From: Raillietiella orientalis | Taxonomy: Eukaryota | DNA: 64,000 nt | Assembly: GCA_036172245.1 (NCBI GenBank) | Contig: JAYWIR010000007.1 | Location: 1,240,001 to 1,304,000, forward strand | Reading direction: 5' to 3' | Part shown: piece by piece, positions 13,601-25,534 of the stretch | Layout: each line of letters opens with the position of its first letter | Position numbering within the stretch: position 1 is the stretch's first letter | Notes under the pieces: model-generated | Database searches by the model: none | What the model was told of the DNA's origin: nothing | The model's input: the letters and a program-made list of their open reading frames with translations, nothing else | Position numbers and translations under genes: made by a program

Positions 13601-14749
13601 GGTTCTACCTCGCAGAGCAGAAGGGGAGCAGAAGAACAGCCGTCAAGGGAAAGCAGCGGTCACATCTCTCCTCCTTTTCCGACCAGCGTCTCCAGTGGAC
13701 ACTTCTCGAGATGTGAAAGATGATCTGCTTCTCGAGATGTCCGCCTCTTGGCAAGTGGAAAAGGCGGGTTCTCAATCCAGTCCAAGGTCAGGTGCTTGAA
13801 GCGCCTGACTTTGGCGCCTGGAGGGAGAAAGCATCCCTCAGGAGGAGGAGCTGCCTCTCCTCCGTCCTCTATGTTCCTTACGAACGGGAATCATCCAAGA
13901 AGCGGGTCGCAAGGACTAGGAGAAGAGGTGGAGGTCAGATACTCCCGGCGGCGTTGAGTGCGAGCCTCCCTTCCTTCTTTGTTGGAGCTTCTGGTTTAGT
14001 TGGCTCCCTCAGCTTCAACTCCTTCCTGGGAACTCATTTCCTAGTAGCATCCGAGCTTCCTGCTGGCCATCTTTGGGTAACTCCAGTTTCGATGACAGTA
14101 ATTTCCAGTGACCCGGCGCAACGTGTGGGGTCATCCTCGGGGAACAGGAAGAGTGGACAGTTCTCTTTCCGCACGCACCATGGCGACCCTCTGAAAAGAG
14201 TCGCCATGGAAATGAGCCCGTGACGAACGGCGGGTGACGTCGTTTTCCGGGCTGTCGGTCCACTCCGCGCAGAAGTCCCAGAAAGACCGCGTGGGTTCCA
14301 GCCCACTTGCTGCAGGGCTGTCCCCCTACGGAAGAACGGCGATAGTGGCCGACCGGAAAGGTGAAAGGTCCCTTGCAAACTCAGAAAGCAGAGAAGAAGA
14401 GCATAAGGGTGTTGCACAGCACGTCACTTCCTGCATCCGCTATCCCTGTTGCCCATCCCAAAGGAATTCTCCGATGTGCCGATCGTCTCGAAATCCCACT
14501 GGAAAAGCTCGAGAGCCATGCGGGGTTGGTAGACGTCTCCGTGCTTCCCCTGAAGTGGGCGGCACCATTTGCTCCCGGTGGCGCCGAAGGAGGAAAGGTA
14601 AACAACACGCCGTGTGGTTGGGGATTCTACTTGACTGTTCGAGAACATCAAGGGGTGGGAAACAACGAAAGAAGGGAGCCATCGACTTGCACGGGAAGAC
14701 AGGGAGGGAGTCAATGAATCAATCGAAGGAGAGGAACGGACAGGGGTCG

Positions 14750-15325
14750 CCGGTCACACCCGCCGCCCCCTCTGGAACCTGCGTGCGATGTCAGCAGGCA
14801 TCCTCCTTCGCGTCCCACGAAGGTCTCTTTTTCGCATTCTTCCCTGCTGCGGAGTGGAGGCGTGTGGCCCTCCTTCCTTACCACCGCTCTTCCTCGGTGC
14901 TCCGGGACGCTGCGATCCTCCCGACGCAACGCAGGATGGGGGCGACGGTAGAGGCGGGAGAATGTTCCTTGTCCCGTGCGAAGCAGCGCAGCAACAACTC
15001 CTCGGCAGCAGCCAAAATGGAAGCAGCAACTCTTCGGCAGGTCCCAAATGGGAGCCGTGCATCAGGAGCTTGCCGGCATCCTTGGAAGGATGCAGAGAGC
15101 TCGGAACAACAGGGAGTGATCCCTTCCCGAACCCCCTCCCCACCTCGAAGTTCTTTACATTGTTTCCGTTTGTCTTCCTCCTTTCTGTTGCCAAGATGAA
15201 CCTCGCCAGTCTGCAGACCGTCACCTCGGCAGGTTCCTCGCTTAGTGGCCGTGGTTAGGTCAAGCGGCCCGCCACTTTCGTTGTCTCGTTTGTTGTGTTC
15301 AATAAACGTCCCGGAGCAACCGGGT
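14750..15325 (+). mobile_element. 3' end of L1/Tx1-like LINE (zinc-knuckle remnant and 3' UTR)
   Basis: 'GTCVRCQQASSFASHEGLFF' knuckle remnant. Translated similarity to the opposite-strand element (SAGPKWEPC...SDPFP vs SAGPIWEPC...SDPFP). Ends in AATAAACGTCCCGG-N5-CCGGGT. Confidence 0.55.
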
Positions 15326-15713
15326 AGCAACGCTTGTCTGCCTTTCTACGCAAAGGGTCCATCTTCGAGGCCCCGACGGGACCTTCACGGCATGGCACTG
15401 AAGTTCCTGGACTCTGAGAGCCATCCATCCATCCCGTCCACTATCCTGGCTTCCCCGCCCTCCGAAGAGTCTGGAAGCTGGACGGCGCGGGATGACGTTT
15501 GGCGATGCGTAGGGAAGGCCCATCTTGCCTGACGTTGTCCTACTGCCCGTCGCGTTCACCCTAGGCGCCTTCGGACGCTGTCCGGCTGCTGGTGCGCACG
15601 ACCGGTCTCGGGCCCATGCTTTCCGCTGCGGAGTTGGCACTAGCTGGGAGTAGCCCGTGCCAGGGGGCGAGAGGGAGGAAGGATAGAGAAAAGGGAGGAG
15701 GAGCAGGTTTTTC

Positions 15714-17860
15714 ACCCGGATATGCCGGGTATTTATTATTAAAATTTTAACAAGGTAAAATTTCATAATAAAGTCTTAGAATTGTTGTCAGACAGAACAC
15801 GTGGTTGAAACTTCCTGTCTTGAAACACTTGTCTTTACCGAACCTCAGGCCGGTGTTCCCACCCGGTCACGCCGGGACGTTTATTTCTAAACACAGTATA
15901 TTTGCGGTACTAGGCCCCGCTACAGCCAATAGTTCATGGGGAAAAAACAAAAAGAAAAATAAAGGAAACACACACACAAAAAAAGGAGCACTTTGAAGGG
16001 TCGGGAAGGGATCACTGTCCGCTGGAGGAAGAGACCATCCTTTCCAGGATGCCCTCGATGTCCCTCTGCATGGCTCCCAGATGGGACCAGCCGATCGCGA
16101 TTCGCAGGTAGCGACCTGCGTGTACGATGGGGTCCCTATCGCTGCTTCCTCTGTTGGCTGAGCTCCACGAAGCCACAATCCCTCATAGGCAGCAGAGCGC
16201 TGCCAGGGCTGAGGCTGGTTGCAGGGCGTCTCGCACGAAGAGGAGTCACACAACGTCTCTGGGGGGGACTGCCGACCGGCATCCGGAGGGTCGTAGCAAA
16301 ATGTTCCCACAAGGGCCGGAGGGCAGCTCAGTCCACTAACAGGTGGGGGAGAGATTCCTTCTCCCCGCACACTGCACACTTCTGTCCCACCTTCCCCAAC
16401 GTCCAGTGGTGGCGGTGCGCGTTGCAGGGAGGACCCCCAGTGCAACAGCAGCGGAGCCGTTTCCTGCCACTTGAGGGGGAGGGTAGACGTGTCTGTAAAT
16501 ACCGGGGGCCACTTTAGGTCATCCAGCGGGATGCCCAGCAGCTCGCCCCATCTCTGGATTCCTCGCGGGAGGACGCTTGGGGTCGCGGCATCAGCCAGTT
16601 CCCTCGTGGTCCAGCCGCTCATCATCTGCTCCCTGCCCGCTATCCTGCAGGAGACTTGCCATCTCGGCGTTCGGCTGCTGCCGGGAACCCTCCTCAGGAA
16701 GGGCAGTGCCGTGGTCAGTAGGATCGTCTCCGCCCGCGTGCTTCTGGCAGGACACTCGAACATGTTCCGCAGCGTGCAGCGGGAATAGATGCCCGGGCGC
16801 AGGCGGTTCCAGGATTCACCTCCGGACTAGTTGAGCTTCGCCCACGTGCCAACTGTTTCTTTAAGCCATGCGCTGGAGTTGGCGGGGCTGCAGACCATCC
16901 AACCGTTCTCCTTGTCCAGAGTGGGCATGAGTCCGAGGAGAAGGCCGCATCTTCTTATCTTTCGGCCGGAGTACAGAAGATAAGATGAAAGCTCTCCCGC
17001 TCCGGATACACGGCTGGCAAGGAGGTGAACCAAAACGCACCAATGGGTGCTCCGGTACTTCGCTGCGATGGCCAAGGTTCTCCATCGCAGCTGTATTTCC
17101 ATCCGCTCCAGCATCAGGAGGCCGAGACCACTATCCCGACGTGGAGCACACAAGTCCAACAGAGGCACACGGGATCTCCCGCTGCCCCACAGGGCGATGC
17201 ACAGGAGGTCCTTGGTCCTCTTTTTCAACTCGTGGGGTACGGGGCAAACAAAAAGCAGGGGGCGAAGGAGGGGGACCGCGAACATGTTCCACACCGCGGC
17301 CCATTCCGGCAAGTGAAACTTGCCTTCCAGGAACGGGACGATCTCCAACTCCACTTTCTGGAGATGACCTGACCAGGATTCTGACTGACAAAAGTCCCCC
17401 AACGGGACGCCAAGGTACTTTAATTACTTCTCCGTGGGGATCCTCAGGCGGATCCAGTCAGGTCGTCCTGCCCACGTTGAGCCAACTTCAACGATGGACG
17501 ACTTCTCCCTGTTCACCAACAGGCCCGTCCCGCGGCTGAGCAGCTCGAAGAACTCCTCGAGAGCAGCAGCAGAAGATCATGTGCATAGTCCGACACGGCA
17601 TGCGTGCTGGGACACGAGATTGGCAGGGTCGCCAGAGTCCTCTTGTATGTTCTAAGCACCAACTCGAAATAGATGCTAAAGAGTAGGGAGCTCAGACTGT
17701 CACCCTGCCTTATGCCGCGTCGAACCGACACGCCGTACACGTGCCGGCTGCTGAAACTAATATTTATAAGCTGTCCGCGACCACCCCTGCCAATCTCCTT
17801 CAGCTCGTGTGTCTGCAAGACGTGTCACGGAGTACTCCCGGCAAGGGACTTAGAGGATGG
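15714..17860 (-). mobile_element. 5'-truncated L1/Tx1-like non-LTR retrotransposon (RT C-terminal half, CCHC knuckle, 3' UTR), pseudogenised
   Basis: RT motif VRRGIRQGDSLSSLLFSIYFE (~17660-17730); post-RT ALWGSGRSRVPLLDLCAPRRDSGLGLL; knuckle KCAVCGEKESLPHLLVD*AALRPLW (~16310-16385) with the last Cys changed to TGA; AATAAA-hairpin 3' ends. Confidence 0.85.
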
Positions 17861-18375
17861 AGGGTGAAGCGGAGATCGTGGAGGAGGAAGAGGAGATCCC
17901 GCTTCGGCGCTCAGGGAGACGGGCTTATTCCTCCCCCTCGACCACTTCCAGTATCCCACAGTCTCGAGGCGAGCAAAGCGAGGGGTGAGGGACCTTCCCC
18001 GGAGGAAGGTGCGCCTCTGGCAGGGTGGACCCGGACATGCTATCGCGGGGAGGGGCGTTCGGGGGCTGCATCCCTCTCATCGCGGGAGACCTTTCCCTTC
18101 TCTTTCCTCGACTCCGGGAGGTGGCATGTAGGGGGAGGGAGGAGGAGGAGGAGGAGGAGAGTTTCGCTGCCTCTTCCTTCTCTCCTCTTCTTCCCCCCTC
18201 TTCGCTGGGGATCCTGCTTTCCGTCCCGCCTGGCACTTCCGGCGGGCAGGGAAGGGGGTTCTGTGGAGGGCCTTCCGCATAGACAGACCCGGTCAACTGA
18301 CGAGGCGCCGGCAGCTCCCGGACCTCCTCCCTCCCCTCTCCTCCTTCCTCCCGGCTCTCCCGTGCGTGCGATTAG

Positions 18376-19418
18376 ATAAGCGAGGCAGGGACAGCGCGAT
18401 AGCGGGCGCAGGCGGCTCCGAGCGCCCGGGGAGCCGCCGCACCAGGAGTGCCACGTCGTCGCCGCGAGTCAGGATGGTCTCTTCCCGAAACCAGCTGCTC
18501 TGCATGCCCCACGGGAAACTAGGTCAGCCAGAATCCCGGCGCGTCCCCTCCCCTCCTCTCCCCTGGATTGCCTGCTCCCCTGACCCCTTCTCGCGTCCCC
18601 ACGTCCCCCCGCTCCGGCGTTTCCCCCGCTTCTCCTCCGCTCCTCTCTTTCCTCCCGTTCCCTCCTTCCTTTCTTCTCTTCCGCAGGAAACGTCAGCCTC
18701 CGTGTGTCCGGCGAGTTCTCACTGATGGCGCTGGAGCAGATGCTGACGCAGCCCCACCTGTGCAGGGCGCTCTTCTGCTTCCGAACGCCGGCCGACGGAC
18801 AGCTCTGCTTCCGGGAGGGCGACCTTCTCACGCTCATCGGTGAGTGCAGGACCGGGGGCGAGGCAAGGGCACGACTGCGGGCAGGGACCTGCACCAGCGG
18901 CTGGCAGTACGGGAAGAACCTCCGCACCGGCGTCTACGGGTGGTTCCCCATCTCTTACACCGAGGTCCTGCGCTGCTCCAGGTGAGTGCGCGCGTCCCCG
19001 AAAAGTCGAAGGAAAAACCCACGCCATCTTCTCCCAGGAGGACCTCGTGGACGGCCGACAACCTCTTTAGGATGGGGGCTCCGTCGAGCCTCCGGAGGAG
19101 CCTCCGGGAGGGCTTTTCTCTGCCGCTTATCCTGCCGGGAACGTTCTACGGCGCCGCCGGAAAGGAGCCCGGGGAAGAGCGTCCCCTGGGAAAGGTGGCC
19201 CTCGCGGAAGAGCCTGCCAAGATACCCACCCCGCCGCCGCTTCCCGGAGTTGCTGACCCCCGACAACAAAAGAGGGGTACCGACGCGCTGCCGGCCAGGG
19301 GCAGCCTGGGAGGCAGTCGCGACAGCGGCCTCGGCAATGAGCTGGCGGGCCCCTCGATTCCCAGGGCCGACTACGAGAACTGTGGGCAGAAGAGGCAGGC
19401 GAACCGGAAGGAAGGCAG
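18376..19418 (+). CDS. SH3-domain protein of IRSp53/BAIAP2 type, partial model (exons 18376-18522, 18687-18839, 18885-18981, 19038-19418)
   Basis: SH3 CRALFCFRTPADGQLCFREGDLLTLIG-TCTSGWQYGKNLRTGVYGWFPISYTEVL, with the GWQYG.N.RT...GWFP..YT signature of IRSp53 SH3. Downstream PPPLP and SLGGSRDSGLGNE...DY segment. Phase-consistent GT-AG junctions. 5' and 3' ends not resolved. Confidence 0.75.
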
Positions 19419-21899
19419 GTAAGTGGGCGAGGAGGAAGGTCGTTGCCAGGCGGTGGACGCGTTCCCTCTCGACGGAGGCGAGGAAGGTCTCCCTGCCCGG
19501 TGCCTCGTGGAGGAGGGGCCGCCGTGCACGAATGGGCAAGGCACTCCGAGAGACATCTCTCCCAGCCCCCCTCCATCCACGGCCCTTCCTCCGCCGAGGG
19601 AGCCCTGGAGAGCAGCTCGGTCGGCCTCCCTGGGCTCACTGCTCCCCCTCACCCCCCTACAGAGACTCCGTAGGGCGAGATGGCATCAGCCCTCGCTTCA
19701 CCCAGCTCTGGGGAGGAGGCACCTATCGCCTCCGACCGAATTCTCCGTGGGGAAAGGCGGGGGAAAGGGTGGGAAGGAAGAGCAGTGTTCCCCTTTTCCC
19801 CCAAAAGGCTCGTGCGGCGCGAGATCCCATCCATAAGGGGCCAAGGGCTTGGGAGCGCTGCTCTTGCGGCCCTTCCCACACCGGGAGTGTCTGATCCGCG
19901 GTATCCCCCCAACCAGGAAGGAGCGCCATGGCCCGGAAGGGGAGGCCGAAGAGAGGGGCGAGTTCGGCCCCGGAGGAGGAAGAAGCGCGGGAGGTCAAGC
20001 CAAAAGCGGAGGAAACCCACGGAGCCCCCGGAATCCCCTGGACCTGCCCGAAAGCCTCCATTCGCTCGCCCACTATAGGGGCCCGCGGGAAGAGGGTTGC
20101 CGGGACGGCGAGGCGAGGCAGCGTCCGGCGGCGGGGAGCGCCGCGGAGAAGAACGCCGGGTGGGCCGGGAGCAAGCGCTTCCCGCCTCCGCGAGTCGACC
20201 GGGAGGAGCTCCGAAGGAAGGGCTGGAGGCTGCTTCCGATCATCCCGGGAGGGATGTCTCCAGGAGGAGAGTGAGGACCCGAGGATCACTGGCCCTCCAT
20301 CCCAGGAAGACGTCCGGGAAGGCAGGACGCCCCATCCAGATGCTCGGACGAGTTCTCCCGGGGAGACTGTCGGGCCTGCACGGTGCCGCCGCGGCTCTCC
20401 CGGAGCTGTCCGGAAACCTGGTGTTCGCCACGATCCGCAACCTTCCGCCCGGCCGCAGTAGTGACGTCAAATAAAGGAAGCGAGCGGACGCAGCTCCCTG
20501 CTCAGGGGGCTCGCGGGATCCTCGCTTCGCGACACAGCGCTTCGAAGGGGCCCCTGCCTCTCCTCGGAGAGGAAGATGGGGAGAGAGAGGGAGCAGCAAC
20601 TCTCCACCTGCCGGTAAGGCCTGTGGTTCACCCCTCCTCGCTGGTCCACCAACTACCCCATGTTCAGGACTTTCTCCTCCCCCTCCACGCCATGAGAGAG
20701 ATTTCGGGCCGGTCTGCGCTGCACGCTCAGAGTCCTGCAGCACGGAGAGGGTGGGTGGGGACCGAAAGAGGAGGAGGACCCTCCTGTCCGGCGAAGCCCG
20801 CCTCCTCTCCTGCTTCTTCATTCTCCGCAGGTCCATCTCAGACGCTTCCTGCTGCCGTCCCCAGGGGCAGGGACTCCCATGCAGACTGCGGCGTCTCTGC
20901 AGGGCAGACCGGGAAGTTTAGCGAAGGCACATTCGGCAGAGAGGCAGCGGTCGGCTCTTCCCCTGGAGAGGAGAAGAAGACGCGCAGGATATCCGGACTG
21001 GCACCTGCGCCAGCGCCCAAGAAGAGCTGGGCAGGGCGGGCTGGGACACAGAAGACACCATTTCAGGAGAATGGATGGCGCCAGAGAGCCACCGGGACAG
21101 GAAGAGACCTGCGTTGCTTTTCCTCCCGCTTTCTCAGAAAGGGGCGTGAATGCGCTTTCCGGAGGGAGGCCTTCGCGCGGGACGAAGAGAGAGGGCAGAC
21201 TTTCCAGAGACGCCCAGGGCTATTCCCGCTCGGTGCTCTCGAAAGGCAGAGACGGACAAGGGAGCACGGTGTAAGGATGGGGAGCGCTGCGCCTGCTTGT
21301 CCATCCAGAGCTTCCCTGTGATCCCTCTGGCTTTCTCATAAAGAAAGCTGCACGCTGCGATCACGAATCGGAGCAGCAGAGGAAGAACGGCCCTGAGGTC
21401 TTCTCAGCCTCCTCCCGGGCAACGCGAAGTTTGCTCTCCAGATGAAATCAAGTCCGGGAGGACAGGACCGTTTCCATCGGCAAGTCGTTCTGGACCAAGG
21501 CATGTCAGATCTCATTTCATGGAATTCTCGCCTCCCGGGATGCGATGCTTCGCTCAGAAGGGCCTCATCGTACAGAGTCCCCAGAAGATACTCAGAGGAA
21601 CGAAAAAAGCCCCGAAAACCCGCCCGCTCTCTTGGCGTTTGTGTCGCCTTCTTCCCTCCCTCCCACGATAGCTTGGCCCCTTGCAAAGCATCCCCAACCT
21701 GACTGTTCGACCAAGCACTGGAGACGCCTCCGATCTGCTTGCTGCTCTTCTATCATTCTCAGAAGATCTGATCCCAGCCCAAAAGGTTTAGATCAGAGTT
21801 CCTAGGAGTTTCCAAAAAAGAAAGGAGGAGAAAAGAGGCATGGAGAGATGGCGTACGCACTCGGAGACCAACGGAGATACAACAGGGATGCAACCAAAG

Positions 21900-22650
21900 T
21901 TCGCGCTCCTCTGTGCGTTCACGGAGTACGGCCGATCACCAACTATAGGGCTCTGAATGCACCCAGAAGAAGGAGGAGAACAGTGCTGCGCGCGCGTCGA
22001 TTCTCCACGCACAACGCCTCCTCCGTAAAGGACGCACTTCGTGCATCGAATAAACAGAGGTGATGCTAGGAAGTAACGCATCTGCGACTTGCTCAGAGCA
22101 ACGAGAACTTATCCATGAGGGTAATGAGGCTAAACAGGCTCCTTCCAGAAAGCGTCGAAACGGCCCGAACAAGGCACAAGGATAGACTGCGTTAGATCCC
22201 CAGAAAATGTTTTTTGCTACGTGCTGTTTGCTCGAAGCCATCGTGATGAATTGCCGCAATTGCGAAACTTGATGCAGAGTGAGCAGGCTGTTTGTGCAGG
22301 AATTCTGTGTGCGTGTACGTGTGCATGTGTGACACACTAACGATCCAGAGTGCACACTAAGCTCGCAGGTGACGAACCTTAAGCGTTGCAGGAAGGGTTT
22401 CCAGAGAGGCACCTCCCGAGCAGCACGAGTCCCCTACAGGAAAGTCAGCAACGCAGTCCGTCCGATGCACGTGGGCGAGACACGTGGAAGTGACCATGGC
22501 AACGTGCTGCTGCTTGCCGTCGTGCGCGAGCGTGCTGTTCGAAGCAGGGATTCCTGATGTGGTCGGCGAAGCGTTGAACAGGGAGGTGAACAGGGAGGAA
22601 GCCCCGGTTCCTTGGACCCGCCAGCATTCTTAGGCACACTTGAGAAAAAA
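21900..22650 (-). mobile_element. Highly decayed reverse-transcriptase fragment (non-LTR)
   Basis: Ordered, frameshifted remnants GFLPVHLPVQRFADHI (QG..LSP.LF-like), DCVADF (YADD-like) and KPFLQRLRFVTCELSV. Confidence 0.3.
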
Positions 22651-22689
22651 ACAGCTGAGGACGAAAGACCGGATGCTTAGCAGAAACAG

Positions 22690-23330
22690 GCGAGTATGTA
22701 TTTCAGAAAAACCTTCAGAGACAGAGACCTTTCTGAGACTGTTCTTCAGATGCGCGTTGGTGAAGAATCGTTTCGTATTCCTCAGAACTGTTTCTTCTTT
22801 TCATACATGAAATATCCAAGCTGGAAAGCTGCATTTGTGAATTTATCACTTGGTGATTCAGAGTGTGGTATTCGTTTGGATGCAGGGGGAGGTCAATTAC
22901 AAGGTAGCAAGAAGAGAAATCCATGATTTATTGCCTTTTTTTTCCCCCTTAATTCCTTTATACCTGTAGCGACATGCACAGCTTGAAAAGTGTAAAACAC
23001 ACACACACACACACACAGACACGGGATTCATTGGGATTGTAGGTTGGTCAAATACTATCGAATAACTTGGGTCGAAAAAAGCGACCGGTACAGCAGCTTT
23101 TCAACGTGATTCTTGTCATCTACAAGTATATACCACATCCAGTGATGTACAGCGCCCATGCGGCCTACTGGCGCACGTGCTCTTTGGAGAAGCATGCTCT
23201 GACGAAACAAAAAGCTCCTCGTTCCCATCGTACTGAATACGCGACAGGAATGGTCCTGCCGCATCCGTGGAACTTCGAGAGCAGCGGTGCAAGTTGGTGA
23301 ACTTTCCAGGATGGACTAGTGGGGTGGTCA
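22690..23330 (+). mobile_element. Decayed L1-like ORF2 C-terminus, interrupted by a CA microsatellite
   Basis: 'ETETFLRLFFRCALVK' (ET..HLFF.C-like) and 'QLFNVILVIYKYI' remnants in the expected order. Confidence 0.3.
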
Positions 23331-23338
23331 CCGACGCG

Positions 23339-23373
23339 ACATTTTGATTTTAGCCAAAAGGCCGAGAAGCGAT
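23339..23373 (-). pseudogene. Truncated U2 snRNA copy (nt 1-35)
   Basis: Reverse complement reads ATCGCTTCTCGGCCTTTTGGCTAAAATCAAAATGT, 33/35 identical to the copy at 51893. The rest of U2 is absent. Confidence 0.9.
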
Positions 23374-25534
23374 ACAACAACCAACAGATGTTATCCTCAG
23401 TGGTTAATCTGGAAACGACCGAGCCCTCCAGAAGGCGAACCCGAAGGGGAAGGAAGGAGCGAAAGGAACCTTCGGGTTCTCCTCGCTCTGAGGTCACCTC
23501 TCCCCTTGCCACCAGGCATTGCCGCCGCAAAGTTGAGGGGAAGGAAGTCTCCACCTACTCAGCACTGCGACTGTATTCAGTGAAAGGGACCGAACTCTCT
23601 CCACGTGGGACTATGGATCAACACTGAGGAGTCCCTCAGATAACGGAACGACCTCCGAAGATTGGAAAGTGGACCGGCGGGACGACGGCCGAGACGTCCA
23701 TCGGCGCAAAAGTTCCCCGGCAAGAATTGGACTCCGTGCGCGCGCGCAACTCACTACCTTGTTGTCTGCGTTCCCGGCACTACGTAGCTGTATAGGTCGC
23801 GCTACCGCTTGACCCATCCCCTAAGCTCTCGAAAAACTGGTGGCAGCGAGACCTTGCGTTGCTGTCTTGCGAGAGTTGCAGGTTACCGGAGCACAGATGG
23901 CAGCAGGCCGCCTTTTTTTTTTTCCTTTTTTGAGACAGACTGTTAGGTTAGACAGACTGTTAGACAGACTTTTTTTTGCAGAACCGAAAGAGGTGGGTCG
24001 TGCTTCCATCTGACGCCAATGAGCGATGCGGCGCCGCCAACAGGATGACGTGCTCCTCGGAGTGAAAGGGCGGAGGTCTCCTGTGAGTCAGCAATGAAAC
24101 ATGGAGGCGGAGAGGAGGTGCGCGCGCACGGAGTCCAGTTCTTGCCGGAGAACTTTTGCGCCGATGGACGTCTCGGCCGCTGTCCCGTCAATACACTTCC
24201 CATGATAGCAGGAAGGCAGCAGGGGAAGGAGCCTCAAGAAACGTCACGAAGAACACGCGGCAGCCCGAACCCCCTTTTGTGTGCGAGAAAGGGGAGGCGG
24301 GAAGGGGAGGAAAAACGGGAAAGGAAAGGGAAAAATGGGGGGAAAACGAGAGGAGCAGACGCTCAGGTGGATGGAAAGTTGAGGATAGTGGCGACAGTGG
24401 TAGCGGTTCCGGCGGCTGTTGCGCAAGACCTCAGCGATCCTGCGTAGGCGAAGACTTCCCCTCAACTTTGCCCTTAGTCATTGCCACCTAATGAAGACTT
24501 CCACTTGCTCCCTCCTTTGCTTTCGCGTTCTTCTTTGAAGTAATTCGGTGTTCCCGGAAGAGTCGCGTGGCTTCGTGTCGGTCCCTCCTCCGCCGTCGCA
24601 TGGCGCTCGCTCCCGCTCAGAGTGGGACCGTCCCGTTCTTCCTCGGGGGATCTGGACCCGAATAGGCTGGTGGGCGACTCCTGGGATGGAAAGATCCCCC
24701 CGTCGCTGCTGCGACCGGAAATCTCCGGCAGGACTCCCTCAGACGGTGGGCTCCTCCGTGGGAATGTGCCATCCACCATCGGCTCTCCGGTCAAGGCGCG
24801 CCGAGTCCTTCAAGGGAAGGAACAAGCTGAGTCTTCCCAGAGGATGAGGAGGGTGGTCTCGAGAGACTCCATCTCGTCCAGGGACGCTGAGACGCTCTTC
24901 GCGGGGTGGGGGCGGTGGCAGCGCTTCACTGCCTCTCCTGTGGGGAACTGGAAGGGGTTAGAAGACCATCCAGGAAGGCAGTGGGTGGAGGACGATCCCA
25001 GAGGAACTTCCGGAAGAGAACCCAGGAAGAGAGAAATACTCTGCCGTAAGGAGGGGGAAGGGGAGGCTGGAGGGAAACGCGCTGCCAGCCTTCGCTTCCT
25101 TTTCCCCTCGGCTCGAAAGGGGAGGAGGAGAGTCGCCAGAGGGAGCTCCTGAAATTCACGTGAGGGTGTATGGGGGAGTCAAAGAAGACCTTGATTACCC
25201 CCCTTCCCCTCCCCCATGCAGAGCAGAGGAGCGAGGGAGCGCGCCATTCCCCGCCACCCCACTTTCCGGCAGCAGAGGCTGCCAGGCCACCAAAGGCGCA
25301 GGTGTGGAAAACTCCCGCAGAGTCCGGCCGTGAAGTAGGGCGAACAGGTGGGCGGCACGTAGCAAGGGATAGGGTTCCCCCCTTCTCCCACTGCATGCTT
25401 CCTTGTCCTCCCGAACCTCAAGATGCGGGTTCTGCTTTCCCTTTTTCGGCTGGTCCCCCTTTTATTGCCTGTGTGCCGATAAGGAGAGGGTGGGCGGGAT
25501 TGGCCGGATCTTCCGGGAGTGTCACGGAAGATGG

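Noticed and set aside
15714..23373. A single U2-targeted Keno-like element running from the U2 fragment to the Tx1 RT
   Set aside because: Host SH3 exons lie between them, and no U2 3' half follows the LINE end.
23933..23970. Short tandem AGACAGACTGTT repeats
   Set aside because: Local slippage duplication with no spacers; not CRISPR-like.
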